A DNA stretch of 64,000 bases from an uncultured Anaerolineales bacterium (GTDB lineage: Bacteria; Chloroflexota; Anaerolineae; CG2-30-64-16). The stretch covers positions 235,898 to 299,897 of the forward strand of contig CAYYTK010000002.1 in the NCBI GenBank assembly GCA_964474695.1. Reading direction: 5' to 3'. The notes under the pieces were generated by a model. That model worked only from the letters and a program-made list of their open reading frames with translations. It made no database searches and was not told the origin of the DNA. Of this stretch, positions 18,212 to 27,343 are shown one piece after another (position 1 is the first letter of the stretch; every line of letters starts with the position of its first letter). Both the position numbers and the translations under genes were made by a program.

Positions 18212-18275
18212 GCTTCAACCTCCGATAATCGGGTAGTAAGGTGGGAGTAGCACAAGAGCAATCGTGAATGGCGCA

Positions 18276-18303
18276 ATAATAGCTGATATCACGCCGTTGT
18301 CAA
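18276..18303 (-). promoter_or_regulatory. Sigma70-type promoter candidate for cydAB
   Basis: The minus strand reads TTGACA-16 nt-TATTAT, about 65 nt upstream of the cydA ATG, which has a GGAGG RBS. Confidence 0.55.
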
Positions 18304-18308
18304 AATCC

Positions 18309-19250
18309 TTAAAGCCGAGTGATCATCCTGTAAGTATAACCCTTATATGCCTCAGTGAACCCCAGGCTATCGTAGAGGCGGTTGGCCGGGATCATGTCGC
18401 CGGTGTCGACGGTTGCCGCGAGTGCGCCGATGGCGCGCAGCCGGCGCAGGCCCTCCAGCATCAAACCACGGGCCAGACCCTTGCGCAGATGGTCAGGATG
18501 AGTGCAAACCGGCTCGAAGATGCCCAAACGATTCACGGCATCATAGGGCACACCCACGTATGCCGCAAAGCTGCCGTCCGGCGCTTCTGCCACCAAATCC
18601 AGCGCCGGGCAAAAACAAGGCGCGAGCCGCGTGAACGCCTGGTATTCGGCCGCGTTGTGAAAGTCCCGGTGGAATGCGGCGTTCAGCAAATCCGCGATGC
18701 GCTGACAGTCGGCCAACTCCTCGGGCCGGGTCGTGCGCAGGGTGTAACCATCGGCAATGGGCTGATCGGGGATGGGACCCTGGCCCAGGCGCATGTAGCG
18801 CAGCATGCCCCCGTAGGTCTGCTTCTCATAACCGCGCCCGGCCAGCAGCCGCTGGCGCAGCGCGTCATATTCGTAGACGTAGAGCTCAAGCTGGCGCGCA
18901 TCGCCCTCTGCGGTTGCCCCGGCCAGATGCTCTTCGGCCCAGGCGATCATCTCCGGTTCCAGATAGCGGTAGTCCGGATCGACCTGGAGGTGCGCCTCAC
19001 GCGGGCCGTCCCAGTTGACGACCCCAACGAGCTGGCCGGCCTCCGTCTCCCACAGCCGGATGCGTCCGGCCCAATCCGGCGACCAGGCGCCGTTGGGATT
19101 GTAGAAATACGCGCCGTCCCAGCGCCGCACATCCCAGTTCAGCCCTAGCGGCGTTGTCGCGGTGCGCACCAGCAGCTCGCGCACCTTCCAGAAGTCCTGC
19201 GGCCCCCGAACGGGCCGGGAATGGACGGCGTCCGCGTGTAGCCGATGCAT
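18309..19250 (-). CDS. GNAT family acetyltransferase (two GNAT-like halves)
   Basis: The C-terminal half ...VCTHPDHLRKGLARGLMLEGL...NRLYDSLGF is a GNAT motif. Confidence 0.65.
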   Translation of the reverse strand: MHRLHADAVHSRPVRGPQDFWKVRELLVRTATTPLGLNWDVRRWDGAYFYNPNGAWSPDWAGRIRLWETEAGQLVGVVNWDGPREAHLQVDPDYRYLEPEMIAWAEEHLAGATAEGDARQLELYVYEYDALRQRLLAGRGYEKQTYGGMLRYMRLGQGPIPDQPIADGYTLRTTRPEELADCQRIADLLNAAFHRDFHNAAEYQAFTRLAPCFCPALDLVAEAPDGSFAAYVGVPYDAVNRLGIFEPVCTHPDHLRKGLARGLMLEGLRRLRAIGALAATVDTGDMIPANRLYDSLGFTEAYKGYTYRMITRL

Positions 19251-19323
19251 AGGTTTTCCTTTGTCATTTTGAGTTATCCATCCCGCCCATCGGCATGCAC
19301 CGGGCAGAACATTGCGAAAGACT

Positions 19324-19385
19324 GGAATCGAGGCTTTAGCCGGTTACTCGCCCATACACACCAGACCGCCTGAAGGCTCGATTCC
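19324..19385. repeat. Inverted pair of the GGAATCGAGGCTTTAGCCGG repeat family
   Basis: ggaatcgaggctttagccgg (19324-19343) and the reverse-complement-like ccgcctgaaggctcgattcc (19366-19385). Further copies at 1481-1500, 53149-53168 and 53214-53234. Confidence 0.6.
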
Positions 19386-19402
19386 GGTAACGCAGCACGT
19401 TT

Positions 19403-20371
19403 TCAACCCTGCGGGGTGGTCTCCGGCACCCGCATCAGGGACAGGCAGACCGGCTCGAAGTAACGGGGCCAGAACGCCGCGGCCTCCGGGTTGAACGACT
19501 CGAAATCCACCGCGCAGGCGGTGAAGCCGCGGCCGGCGTAGTCTTTCAGCGCCGCATCCAGCATGCCCGCGGCCGCCCCGCGGCCGCGACAGGATGGCCG
19601 GACGTACGCGCCGTTGATCTTGACCGTCGTCTCTGACGCGACGACCGCCGCGCCGTCGAACTCATAGCCGTCGAATCGCATGAACCCGGCCGGTCCAGCC
19701 TCGTCACACGCCAGCCATACGCCGTTGCGCGGCCGCCCTAAAAACTCAGCCCAGCCTGCCGCGGTTTCGCCCCGGCGCGGGGCCATGAAGATGGGGGGCT
19801 GACCGTAGTGCAGGCAGTGTTCGGCGTCAAGCTCAGCCAACGCCGCGGCATCTTTCGCGGTGGCAGCACGGAACTGCAACGTGCCGCGTTCCGCCGGACT
19901 GCGATCCAATCCGCGCGCCGGCCGGACCGCGTCCACCACCAGCAGACCGAAGCCATTCCAGAACCAGGCTCGTTCTGCGACCGGGTCGTGCGCCAGCAGG
20001 GTGATCGCGTGGACCTCGCAGCCGCCTGCGGCCCATTGTGCGGCTGCAGCGCGGTAGAGCGCCCGGTAGATTTCGGCTTTGCGTGGCCCGTTGGCGGCGT
20101 GCGCCCATTCCGGGCAGTACGCAGCTCTATGCCCGGCGCCTCGGAAGTCCTGCGCCAGCCACCAGCCCAGGTAACCGACCAGCACGCCGTCCTCCAGCGC
20201 CATCACGCCGCCGCAGGCCGCCATGATGCGCCTGATGCGCTCACTCACCGCGTGCGGGTCCGTCAACCGATCCGAAAGCGCAGGGACCGCGCGGCGCAGC
20301 CGGGCAAGCTCCTCGACGAAGAGCGCCGCGGCCTCGGCGAGATGGGCCTCGTGAAAGGGGAGCACCTTCAT
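19403..20371 (-). CDS. GNAT family acetyltransferase-like protein
   Basis: The C-terminal ...AYVRPSCRGRGAAAGMLDAAL...GFTACAVDFE is GNAT-like. It overlaps the xth stop by 4 nt. Confidence 0.6.
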   Translation of the reverse strand: MKVLPFHEAHLAEAAALFVEELARLRRAVPALSDRLTDPHAVSERIRRIMAACGGVMALEDGVLVGYLGWWLAQDFRGAGHRAAYCPEWAHAANGPRKAEIYRALYRAAAAQWAAGGCEVHAITLLAHDPVAERAWFWNGFGLLVVDAVRPARGLDRSPAERGTLQFRAATAKDAAALAELDAEHCLHYGQPPIFMAPRRGETAAGWAEFLGRPRNGVWLACDEAGPAGFMRFDGYEFDGAAVVASETTVKINGAYVRPSCRGRGAAAGMLDAALKDYAGRGFTACAVDFESFNPEAAAFWPRYFEPVCLSLMRVPETTPQG

Positions 20372-21156
20372 GATGCCGCGCTCTCCAATCTCATGCCCAC
20401 CGGGCAGTGGTCGCTGCCGCGCACGTCAGGCAGGATGAAGGCGCCACACACACGCGGCAGCACTTCGGCCGCGACGAAGAAGTAGTCGATGCGCCAGCCG
20501 ATGTTCCGCTCGCGCGCGCCGCCCCACTGCGCCCACCAGGTATACTGGCCGGTCAGGTCGGGGTGATGGTGCCTGAAGGTGTCAATGTAGCCAAGTGCGA
20601 CCAGTTGATCCATCCAGGCCCGTTCTTCGGGCAGGAAGCCGGTGGTGTTACGGTTATCCTTTGGCCGCGCCAGGTCGATCTCGCGGTGCGCGGTGTTCAC
20701 GTCGCCGCAGAACACCAACGGCCGTCCTTCCTCACGCAGGCGTTCGCACATCTCAAGGAACGCGTCATAGAACGCCAGCTTATAAGGCACGCGGCTGTGA
20801 TCGCGACTGCCGTTGGGGAAGTAGCAGTTGATCAGCGTGAAATCGGAGTAGTGGGCGACGATGGTGCGGCCCTCGTCGTCGAACTCAGGCACGCCCAATC
20901 CGAACTGAACCTGGTCGGGCGCGCGGCGCGAGAGCAGTGCAGTGCCGCTGTAGCCCTTCTTGCGCTCCGAGCCATGCCAGAACGCATGGTAGCCGGCCGG
21001 CTGGCGCATCTCGTCAGGGAGCTGATCCGCATCGGCCCGGGTCTCCTGCAGACAGAGGATGTCGGGCGCGGCTTCCGCCAGCCAGGGGAGAAAGCCTGCG
21101 CGATAGGCCGCGCGGGCGCCGTTCAGATTCCAGGAAAGCAGGGTGAGAACCGTCAT
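20368..21156 (-). CDS. xth: Exodeoxyribonuclease III
   Basis: SWNLNGARAA...ILCLQETR...GSDHCPV are EEP/ExoIII motifs. Confidence 0.9.
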   Translation of the reverse strand: MTVLTLLSWNLNGARAAYRAGFLPWLAEAAPDILCLQETRADADQLPDEMRQPAGYHAFWHGSERKKGYSGTALLSRRAPDQVQFGLGVPEFDDEGRTIVAHYSDFTLINCYFPNGSRDHSRVPYKLAFYDAFLEMCERLREEGRPLVFCGDVNTAHREIDLARPKDNRNTTGFLPEERAWMDQLVALGYIDTFRHHHPDLTGQYTWWAQWGGARERNIGWRIDYFFVAAEVLPRVCGAFILPDVRGSDHCPVGMRLESAAS

Positions 21157-21157
21157 A

Positions 21158-21811
21158 TCAGAAAACGATCTCCCGGGTTGGTTGCACGATCACACCAGCC
21201 GCACTCAGCTTGCCGTGCCACTCTTCGATCACGCGCGCGGCATCCTTACTGTAGCTCGAATGCCCGTCCGCGGCCAGCACAACGGCGTAGCCGTGCGCCA
21301 GCGCGCCGAGGCAGGTAGCCTTGACGCAGCCATGCGTCACCAGGCCGGTCGCAACCAGCCGGCTGATGCCGCGCGCGGCGAGCTCGGACTGCAGCGTGGT
21401 TTCCTCGAAAGCATCGCCATGCTGCTTCCCGATGAGAAGGTCGCCCGGTTCAAGATGCAGGCGCGAATGGAGCTGCCAGTCGGATGAGCCGTAGGGCAGC
21501 ACCTTGTCGGAGGCGTGTTGGATGTAGATTACCGGAGCCCCGGCCCCGTGGGCGCGGGCTACCAGCGCCTCGATGTTGGCCAGCAGTCCTTCGGCCTTAT
21601 AGATCGGCGTGGATTTGCGGAACAGGCCTTGCTGGACGTCGATTACCAACAAAGCAGTGGACGCGGCATCCAAGCCGCTGCGCAATCCAGCGGATTGCGA
21701 TACGGTGACGGGCGCGGCATCCAGGCCGGCCCGCAATCCAGCGGATTGCGGCACGGGCATGTGGCGCAATCTGCCAGATTGCGCATGCGGCTGCTCGTGC
21801 GTGTCGCTCAT
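21158..21811 (-). CDS. Isochorismatase-family cysteine hydrolase with a repeat-containing N-terminal extension
   Basis: ALLVIDVQQG...TGLVTHGCV is an isochorismatase-like core. Start chosen at the ATG at 21811, with AAGGAG 6 nt upstream. The track ORF extends to 21832. Confidence 0.7.
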   Translation of the reverse strand: MSDTHEQPHAQSGRLRHMPVPQSAGLRAGLDAAPVTVSQSAGLRSGLDAASTALLVIDVQQGLFRKSTPIYKAEGLLANIEALVARAHGAGAPVIYIQHASDKVLPYGSSDWQLHSRLHLEPGDLLIGKQHGDAFEETTLQSELAARGISRLVATGLVTHGCVKATCLGALAHGYAVVLAADGHSSYSKDAARVIEEWHGKLSAAGVIVQPTREIVF

Positions 21812-21825
21812 GGGCTTCTCCTTGT

Positions 21826-22875
21826 CTACCACTTGGCGTGATGCTCTTCGGCAAAGCCAACCAGGCCATCGATAGCGATCGGCTCGCCATCATCGGCCCG
21901 CACCGTGCCGCGGTAGCGGCCAAACATCTGGTGCACCTCGCTGGTGATCACCAGCAGGTTGGTGGCGGCCACGCGCTCCAGGAACGGCGCAAACGTCAGG
22001 TCCAACCGGCCATCGAGCGAGGTCATGCGCCAGGGCCGCTTGAAGTCCTCCGGATCATAGGTGAAGTCCACCTGGCCCAGCTTGTGGACACGGCCATCCA
22101 GGATCAGGGTGTTTTCGGTGGCGGCCGATGTGTCGCCGAAACCGAAGCCCAGGTTCAAGCCGACCGTCCGCCGGTCGGGCAGGAAACCTGACGCGCTGGC
22201 CCACACCCAAAACGACCGGTACTCCCACACTCCCCGGCCCCAATCCAGGTTGCCCAGGCAAGTCTCCGGCGTAATGACGGTGTGCTGATCGCCGATCTGC
22301 AGCCAGCCTTCGGCCGGCAGGCAGTTCATCTTGCGATTGTAATAGAACCGGCTGCCGCGGATCGGGATGACGACCACCGTGGATTCATGGGCCGGCGCCG
22401 CGCGCAGCGCGATCTCGGCGGAGAGCGACTTCCCGTCGAAGCCCGGCCAGACTACCGACACGCGGCGCGTTTCGGGCAGGACCTGGAAGTGCAAGCGGTC
22501 CTTGCCGTTGTCAAAGTGGGATTCACCCTCGGTGCTGTTGCGCGGCAGAGAGATCGCGTCGCCCGGCGGGAGGGTCAGCGTCTCCTCGTGGTGTTTGCCG
22601 GTGACGAAATCCACCACGTACACGAACGCCTGGCCCGCGTAGCCCAGATCAGCCAAAGTGGCCGAGAAGAAAAGGTCGGGGGTCGTAACGCCGTAGTAGT
22701 CCCAACGCTTGACGCGAAACCGCTGCAATGGGCTGAAGAGGCGCGGATAAAAGCGCACCGCCTCCAGGTTGCAGTCCAGCAGCGGCGCGCGCGCCCAACC
22801 GACCTGGGTCAATCGCCCGCCGGCATCAAGCAAAGGCGACTGTGTAACTATCTCGCGTTGTGCGGTTTCGGACAT
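21826..22875 (-). CDS. Conserved hypothetical protein, DUF2804-like
   Basis: The family call rests on recollection of the DUF2804 pattern (...RFRVKRWDYYGV...). No catalytic motif recognised. Confidence 0.5.
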   Translation of the reverse strand: MSETAQREIVTQSPLLDAGGRLTQVGWARAPLLDCNLEAVRFYPRLFSPLQRFRVKRWDYYGVTTPDLFFSATLADLGYAGQAFVYVVDFVTGKHHEETLTLPPGDAISLPRNSTEGESHFDNGKDRLHFQVLPETRRVSVVWPGFDGKSLSAEIALRAAPAHESTVVVIPIRGSRFYYNRKMNCLPAEGWLQIGDQHTVITPETCLGNLDWGRGVWEYRSFWVWASASGFLPDRRTVGLNLGFGFGDTSAATENTLILDGRVHKLGQVDFTYDPEDFKRPWRMTSLDGRLDLTFAPFLERVAATNLLVITSEVHQMFGRYRGTVRADDGEPIAIDGLVGFAEEHHAKW

Positions 22876-22892
22876 CTTTGCCCTCTCCTGCT

Positions 22893-24038
22893 TCAGGCGT
22901 TCCCGAAGGATCCTTTCAGCGCCTCCGCCACGAAGAACGGATCTGTGCCGATCACGCTGGCCGCATAGAGCTCCATCGCGCCGATGTCGCCGGTGCGATT
23001 CATCGGATCGCCGCGGTCGACGATGCGCGCGACGACGGGGAAGCCGCTCCAGTCCTCAGGGGTCGCCGCGATGGGCGGCATCTGGATGGCGACGTTGAAG
23101 CTCTTAACCCCCTGCTGCTTGATGAAAGTGTCCAGCACGATGAAAATCGCCTCTTTGAGGTCGTCGTTAAGGCTGGGTGCGGTGAGCAGGGTCTCGCGCT
23201 CCTTGACGGGTGTTAGGGAGACAGCCACGTCCACGCTGCGCCACTGAAAGCCCAGCCCCAAGGTGCGGTGCACGGCATTGAAATCGGCGAAGTAGTTGGC
23301 GTCGTACTGGCTGTGATACGCCGCCGCAGACCGCCGCAGGAACTCGACTTTAGGATAGTGCATGTCCCGGGTGAGGGTCATCTGCGTGTGTCCATGCACC
23401 AGCGAAGCCGCAGCTTTCCACAGGCAGTTCCACATGAAGAAGAAGTATTTGGCCTCGGGATCGGCTGCGTGCGCCTTCTGGCCCCAGGCCCAGGCCGTAT
23501 CGATATAGTCTTTCACCTTCTCGCCGGTCAGGGCCAACGGATCATGCTCATCGAAGATCACGATGCCGTGGTGGCCGTCGTACTTGGCGACGTTGCTGGC
23601 GGTGATGGCATGGGCGCCTTGCGCCCGCCCGAAGGTGTCTTCGGGGGTTCCGTCCAGGGGCCGGCAGAACGGGCCATTCCGGGTTTCCTCGATGACCTTG
23701 GTCAAGTCGGCTGAGCTGCGGATTTCCAGGGGGCGGCGGGCGCGCAGTTCGTTGTAGAGCGCACCCTCCCAGGTGACAAGATTGGTCACCTTGACGATCC
23801 GCTGGATTGAAACGGCTTCGACTGAACCGAAATAGCCCCGGATCCAGTCATACATAGCCGGCGGCGGAGTGAGAGCGCCGGGCACCTCGCTGATGCGGAA
23901 AATGCGCTCAAAGCGCTCGCGGTCGGCATCCGGCATGCTCCGCACCATCTCGGCCAGATTCAGGATTTGGGGCGGAACTTCGTGCGCCGGTTGCTCAGGC
24001 GCTTCCCGCCGCTTCTCGATCCCTGTTGAAGTCAACAT
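22893..24038 (-). CDS. Putative GalT-like (HIT superfamily) nucleotidyltransferase
   Basis: HxHxQ motif in ...AASLVHGHTQMTL..., analogous to the HPHGQ active site of galactose-1-phosphate uridylyltransferase. Otherwise unassigned. Confidence 0.4.
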   Translation of the reverse strand: MLTSTGIEKRREAPEQPAHEVPPQILNLAEMVRSMPDADRERFERIFRISEVPGALTPPPAMYDWIRGYFGSVEAVSIQRIVKVTNLVTWEGALYNELRARRPLEIRSSADLTKVIEETRNGPFCRPLDGTPEDTFGRAQGAHAITASNVAKYDGHHGIVIFDEHDPLALTGEKVKDYIDTAWAWGQKAHAADPEAKYFFFMWNCLWKAAASLVHGHTQMTLTRDMHYPKVEFLRRSAAAYHSQYDANYFADFNAVHRTLGLGFQWRSVDVAVSLTPVKERETLLTAPSLNDDLKEAIFIVLDTFIKQQGVKSFNVAIQMPPIAATPEDWSGFPVVARIVDRGDPMNRTGDIGAMELYAASVIGTDPFFVAEALKGSFGNA

Positions 24039-24042
24039 GCAT

Positions 24043-27000
24043 TTACTCCTGCGCCCTACGCGCTCTGTGCATTATACTCAGTTTCAGCGTAACGATCTCA
24101 AACGGCCGCAACTCCAACGAAGCGCCGCCGGCCTGCCAAAGCACAGGCGTCTCCTCTTCTTCCAGCAGGTTGCAGACCGCCGCGGCGTACACCGGCAGCG
24201 AGCTGGCCAGGCGGGTGCGCGTGTGCGTGCCGCGGGCCTCATACAACCTGATGATCAACGCGTCCGAATCCTCGGCCTGCTTCACCCAGTCGATCACGGC
24301 CGCGGGTGTGTCTGTGCTGAAGAACGATACTTCGCCCGGGGCCGCGGTCGTCCGGCCGATCAGCAGCGGCACATTGAACCGATATGCCTCGGCCACGACA
24401 TCCGCTTGCTGCGGCGCACCGGGATGCGGCAGCAGCGCGTACCGGAACGCGTGATGTCCCATATCGGCGCCCGGGTCCGGCAATTTGGGGGAGCGCAGCA
24501 GCGAGAGGCGCATGACGGAACCGTGCACGGCATAGCCGTACTTGCTGTCGTTCAGCAGCGCCACGCCGAAATCCGGCTCGGACAAATCGGCCCAACGCTG
24601 CGCGGGCGTCTCGAACCGGGCCAGGTCCCAACTGGTGTTGAAGTGTGTGGGCCGCTGGACATGGCCGTACTGGGTTTCGTAGGTTGCCGAGGCGGCGCGC
24701 AATGCCAGCGGGAACTCCACTTTCAGGAATCTGTGGCTCTCGTGCCACTCGACCTCGGTCGCGAAATCCAGCCTGGGCGAGACCGCAGTCAACGAGACCG
24801 TCTGCAGCAGGGTGCTGGCGGGGCTAAGTCGATAAGCGAACTCGACCGCAACGCGCAGCGGACCCGCCTCCACCACCCGCGCCGCCAGCGCGGGGCCCAC
24901 GTCGCTGCGCTTCTCCAGGTGGAAGGCGTCCACATCCCACGCGTCCCAATTGGCGGGGTTGTCGTCAAACAGCACGAAGCGATTGCCTGACCCGCCGGAC
25001 ATGATGCATTCACGTTCGGCGCGTTTGTCGAACAGGCCGATCAGTCCGCCACCCCGGTTGAAGGTCGCGCGCACCAGGTCGTTCTCCAGCACGAAGCCTG
25101 TTTCCGCCTCAAGCAGGGTTGCTTGCGGCCCCGAAGCGGGCTGCGCGAAGACAGCATACCCCATGGGCGGCGCGCTGACGACGCCCAGCGGCCGTCCATC
25201 GGCGCCGATCTGGCGAGCCGGGGCGCCCACAGGCAGCTCGATCACCTCGGTCCGCGCTGCGCCCAACGTGTTGACGGCATATAGTAGGGGCGAGGCACTC
25301 CCCGGCGAGCCTGCCTCACCCACGCGCATTTCATCAGAAGGGAGGCTCTGGTCTGAGCGGGATGTCGAACGGAGTGCCTCGCCCCTACCACCCGGCGAGC
25401 CTGCCTCACCCACGCGCATTTCATCAGAAGGGAGGCTCTGGTCAGAGCGGGATGTCGGACGGAGTGCCTCGCCCCCGCCCACCAACGCGCTCACCGCCTG
25501 TTCACGCAACATCGCGCCGTTCGCCAACACCTCAGCATATTGCACAGCCGAATCTTCGTAGACCTCGGCGATGGACGAACCGGGAATGATGTCGTGGAAC
25601 TGGTTCAGCAGCACCAGCTTCCACAGGCGCTCCAGTTCCTCGGCGGGATAGGGGATGCCGGCGGTCCGGCTGGCGATGGCTGAAAGGAATTCGGCATCGC
25701 GCAGCAGCAGCTCGCTGCGCCGGTTGTCGCGTTTGTTGCGCGCCTGGGTCGTGTAGGTGCCGCGATGCAGCTCCAGGTAAAGCTCGCCCGACCAGACCGT
25801 CGGCTCCTTGATATCGGCCTCAGCGCGGTCGAAGAACTCGCGCGGCGAGCGCATCTGCACGCGCGGCAGGCCATCCACATCCCACATGCGTTGGAGCTGC
25901 TCCAGCATCGCCAGGGTCGGCCCGCCGCCGCCGTCGCCGTAGCCGAAGAGCAGGTAGCTTTCGTTCGCCCGGTCGTGATCGCGGAAACTCGCGACGTTCT
26001 GGAGCACGTCCTTCACGGTCCCGCGCGCGTTGTAATCGTCCAACGGGGGGAAATGCGTCAGAACCCGGCTCCCGTCCAGCCCCTCCCACAGGAAAGTGTT
26101 AGCCGGCAGCTTGTTGAACTGGTTCCACGAGAGCTTGATGGTGAGGAAGCGCCGGATGCCGGCCAACCGCATGATCTGCGGAAGCTGCGCCGCGTAGCCG
26201 AACACGTCGGGCAGCCACAGCTCGCTGCACGTAAGGCCAAACTCCTGCTTGAAGAAGCGCTGCCCATACAGGAACTGCCGGGCCAACGACTCGCCCGTCG
26301 GGATGTTGCAGTCCATCTCGACCCAAGCGCCGCCTGCGGGGATGAAGCGCCCCTCGGCGACGCGCGCCCTGATCTGCTCGTACAGCCCCGGCGTTTGATC
26401 CTTGATCCACGCATACTGCTGCGCCTGGGAACATGCGAAGCGATAATCAGGGTAGTCTGCCATGTAGCGCACCGCAGTGGTGAAGGTGCGGATGCACTTG
26501 CGCCGCGTCTCGGCCAACGGCCACAGCCAGGCCGTGTCGATATGCGCATGACCCACGGCCGACAGGTTGTGCTGGCCGTCACCGTTGCGCGCGGCGAAGA
26601 AACGCGCGGCGATCTCCCGCGCCGCGGGCCACGTCGCTGCGTCAGTGGGATCGATCGCATTGACCATGGCGTTGGCTGCCCAAAGCGCCTGGCCCCCGCG
26701 CGGGGTGTTGGCCGGCAGCTCGCACGCCATGTCCGCGATCACCCGGTAATCCCACAGCAGATCCCAGGCCGCGCGGTTGAAAACGGCGATTTCAGCCTGG
26801 CGCAGCAGGCCCAGATAGGTGGGCCCGGCAAGCTCGCTCGCCATGCCGAAGAGCCCGTTGCAGGCGACCTCGACATACAGCACGATCTGCTCGCCGCCCG
26901 CCGCCTCCCGCGTCAAGCAATACTCCCCGCGCGGCGGACGCGCCGGTTCATCGTTCCAGCCGCTGCCCGAGCCGGTCAGGCCTTGCAGCGGCTCGCCAGC

Positions 27001-27321
27001 CCGGTCCGCATCTGAGGATGCCGACTCCGCCCAAATGCACGCCTCGGAGGTGGAGTCCCACAGCAAGTGCACCTCGCGGCCGGCCCAGGCGGCCGGGATA
27101 GCGATCTCGACGCGACACCAATGGGTGGACCACGGTGGGCCGAAGCGCTCACCGACCTGGATGGGGCGGTACGCGCCACGCATCGCATCGGCATAGCGGA
27201 TGCGGTCCGGCGCAGCATAGGCCGCCAACGCCACCGGCGAACGTTCGTCGTAGAGGATGCCTTGCAGCGTTGCCGCGAATGCGCGCAGCCGCTGCCGGGT
27301 GAGTTCGGTATGTCTTTGCAT
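24043..27321 (-). CDS. GH38 alpha-mannosidase
   Basis: ...VGHAHIDTAWLWPLAETRRK...GGAWVEMDCNIPTGESLARQFLYGQRFF... are GH38 catalytic-domain signatures. 1092 aa, with AGGAGG 8 nt upstream. Confidence 0.9.
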   Translation of the reverse strand: MQRHTELTRQRLRAFAATLQGILYDERSPVALAAYAAPDRIRYADAMRGAYRPIQVGERFGPPWSTHWCRVEIAIPAAWAGREVHLLWDSTSEACIWAESASSDADRAGEPLQGLTGSGSGWNDEPARPPRGEYCLTREAAGGEQIVLYVEVACNGLFGMASELAGPTYLGLLRQAEIAVFNRAAWDLLWDYRVIADMACELPANTPRGGQALWAANAMVNAIDPTDAATWPAAREIAARFFAARNGDGQHNLSAVGHAHIDTAWLWPLAETRRKCIRTFTTAVRYMADYPDYRFACSQAQQYAWIKDQTPGLYEQIRARVAEGRFIPAGGAWVEMDCNIPTGESLARQFLYGQRFFKQEFGLTCSELWLPDVFGYAAQLPQIMRLAGIRRFLTIKLSWNQFNKLPANTFLWEGLDGSRVLTHFPPLDDYNARGTVKDVLQNVASFRDHDRANESYLLFGYGDGGGGPTLAMLEQLQRMWDVDGLPRVQMRSPREFFDRAEADIKEPTVWSGELYLELHRGTYTTQARNKRDNRRSELLLRDAEFLSAIASRTAGIPYPAEELERLWKLVLLNQFHDIIPGSSIAEVYEDSAVQYAEVLANGAMLREQAVSALVGGGEALRPTSRSDQSLPSDEMRVGEAGSPGGRGEALRSTSRSDQSLPSDEMRVGEAGSPGSASPLLYAVNTLGAARTEVIELPVGAPARQIGADGRPLGVVSAPPMGYAVFAQPASGPQATLLEAETGFVLENDLVRATFNRGGGLIGLFDKRAERECIMSGGSGNRFVLFDDNPANWDAWDVDAFHLEKRSDVGPALAARVVEAGPLRVAVEFAYRLSPASTLLQTVSLTAVSPRLDFATEVEWHESHRFLKVEFPLALRAASATYETQYGHVQRPTHFNTSWDLARFETPAQRWADLSEPDFGVALLNDSKYGYAVHGSVMRLSLLRSPKLPDPGADMGHHAFRYALLPHPGAPQQADVVAEAYRFNVPLLIGRTTAAPGEVSFFSTDTPAAVIDWVKQAEDSDALIIRLYEARGTHTRTRLASSLPVYAAAVCNLLEEEETPVLWQAGGASLELRPFEIVTLKLSIMHRARRAQE
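25284..25479. repeat. Intragenic inverted-repeat-bounded element (105 bp) plus a 90-bp tandem partial copy, in frame inside the GH38 gene
   Basis: GTAGGGGCGAGGCACTCC (25284-25301) has its exact reverse complement GGAGTGCCTCGCCCCTAC at 25371-25388. cccggcgagcc... recurs with a 90-bp period (25301 and 25391). It encodes a duplicated 30-aa segment. Confidence 0.75.
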
Positions 27322-27343
27322 GGAGACACCTCCTGGGGCCGCA

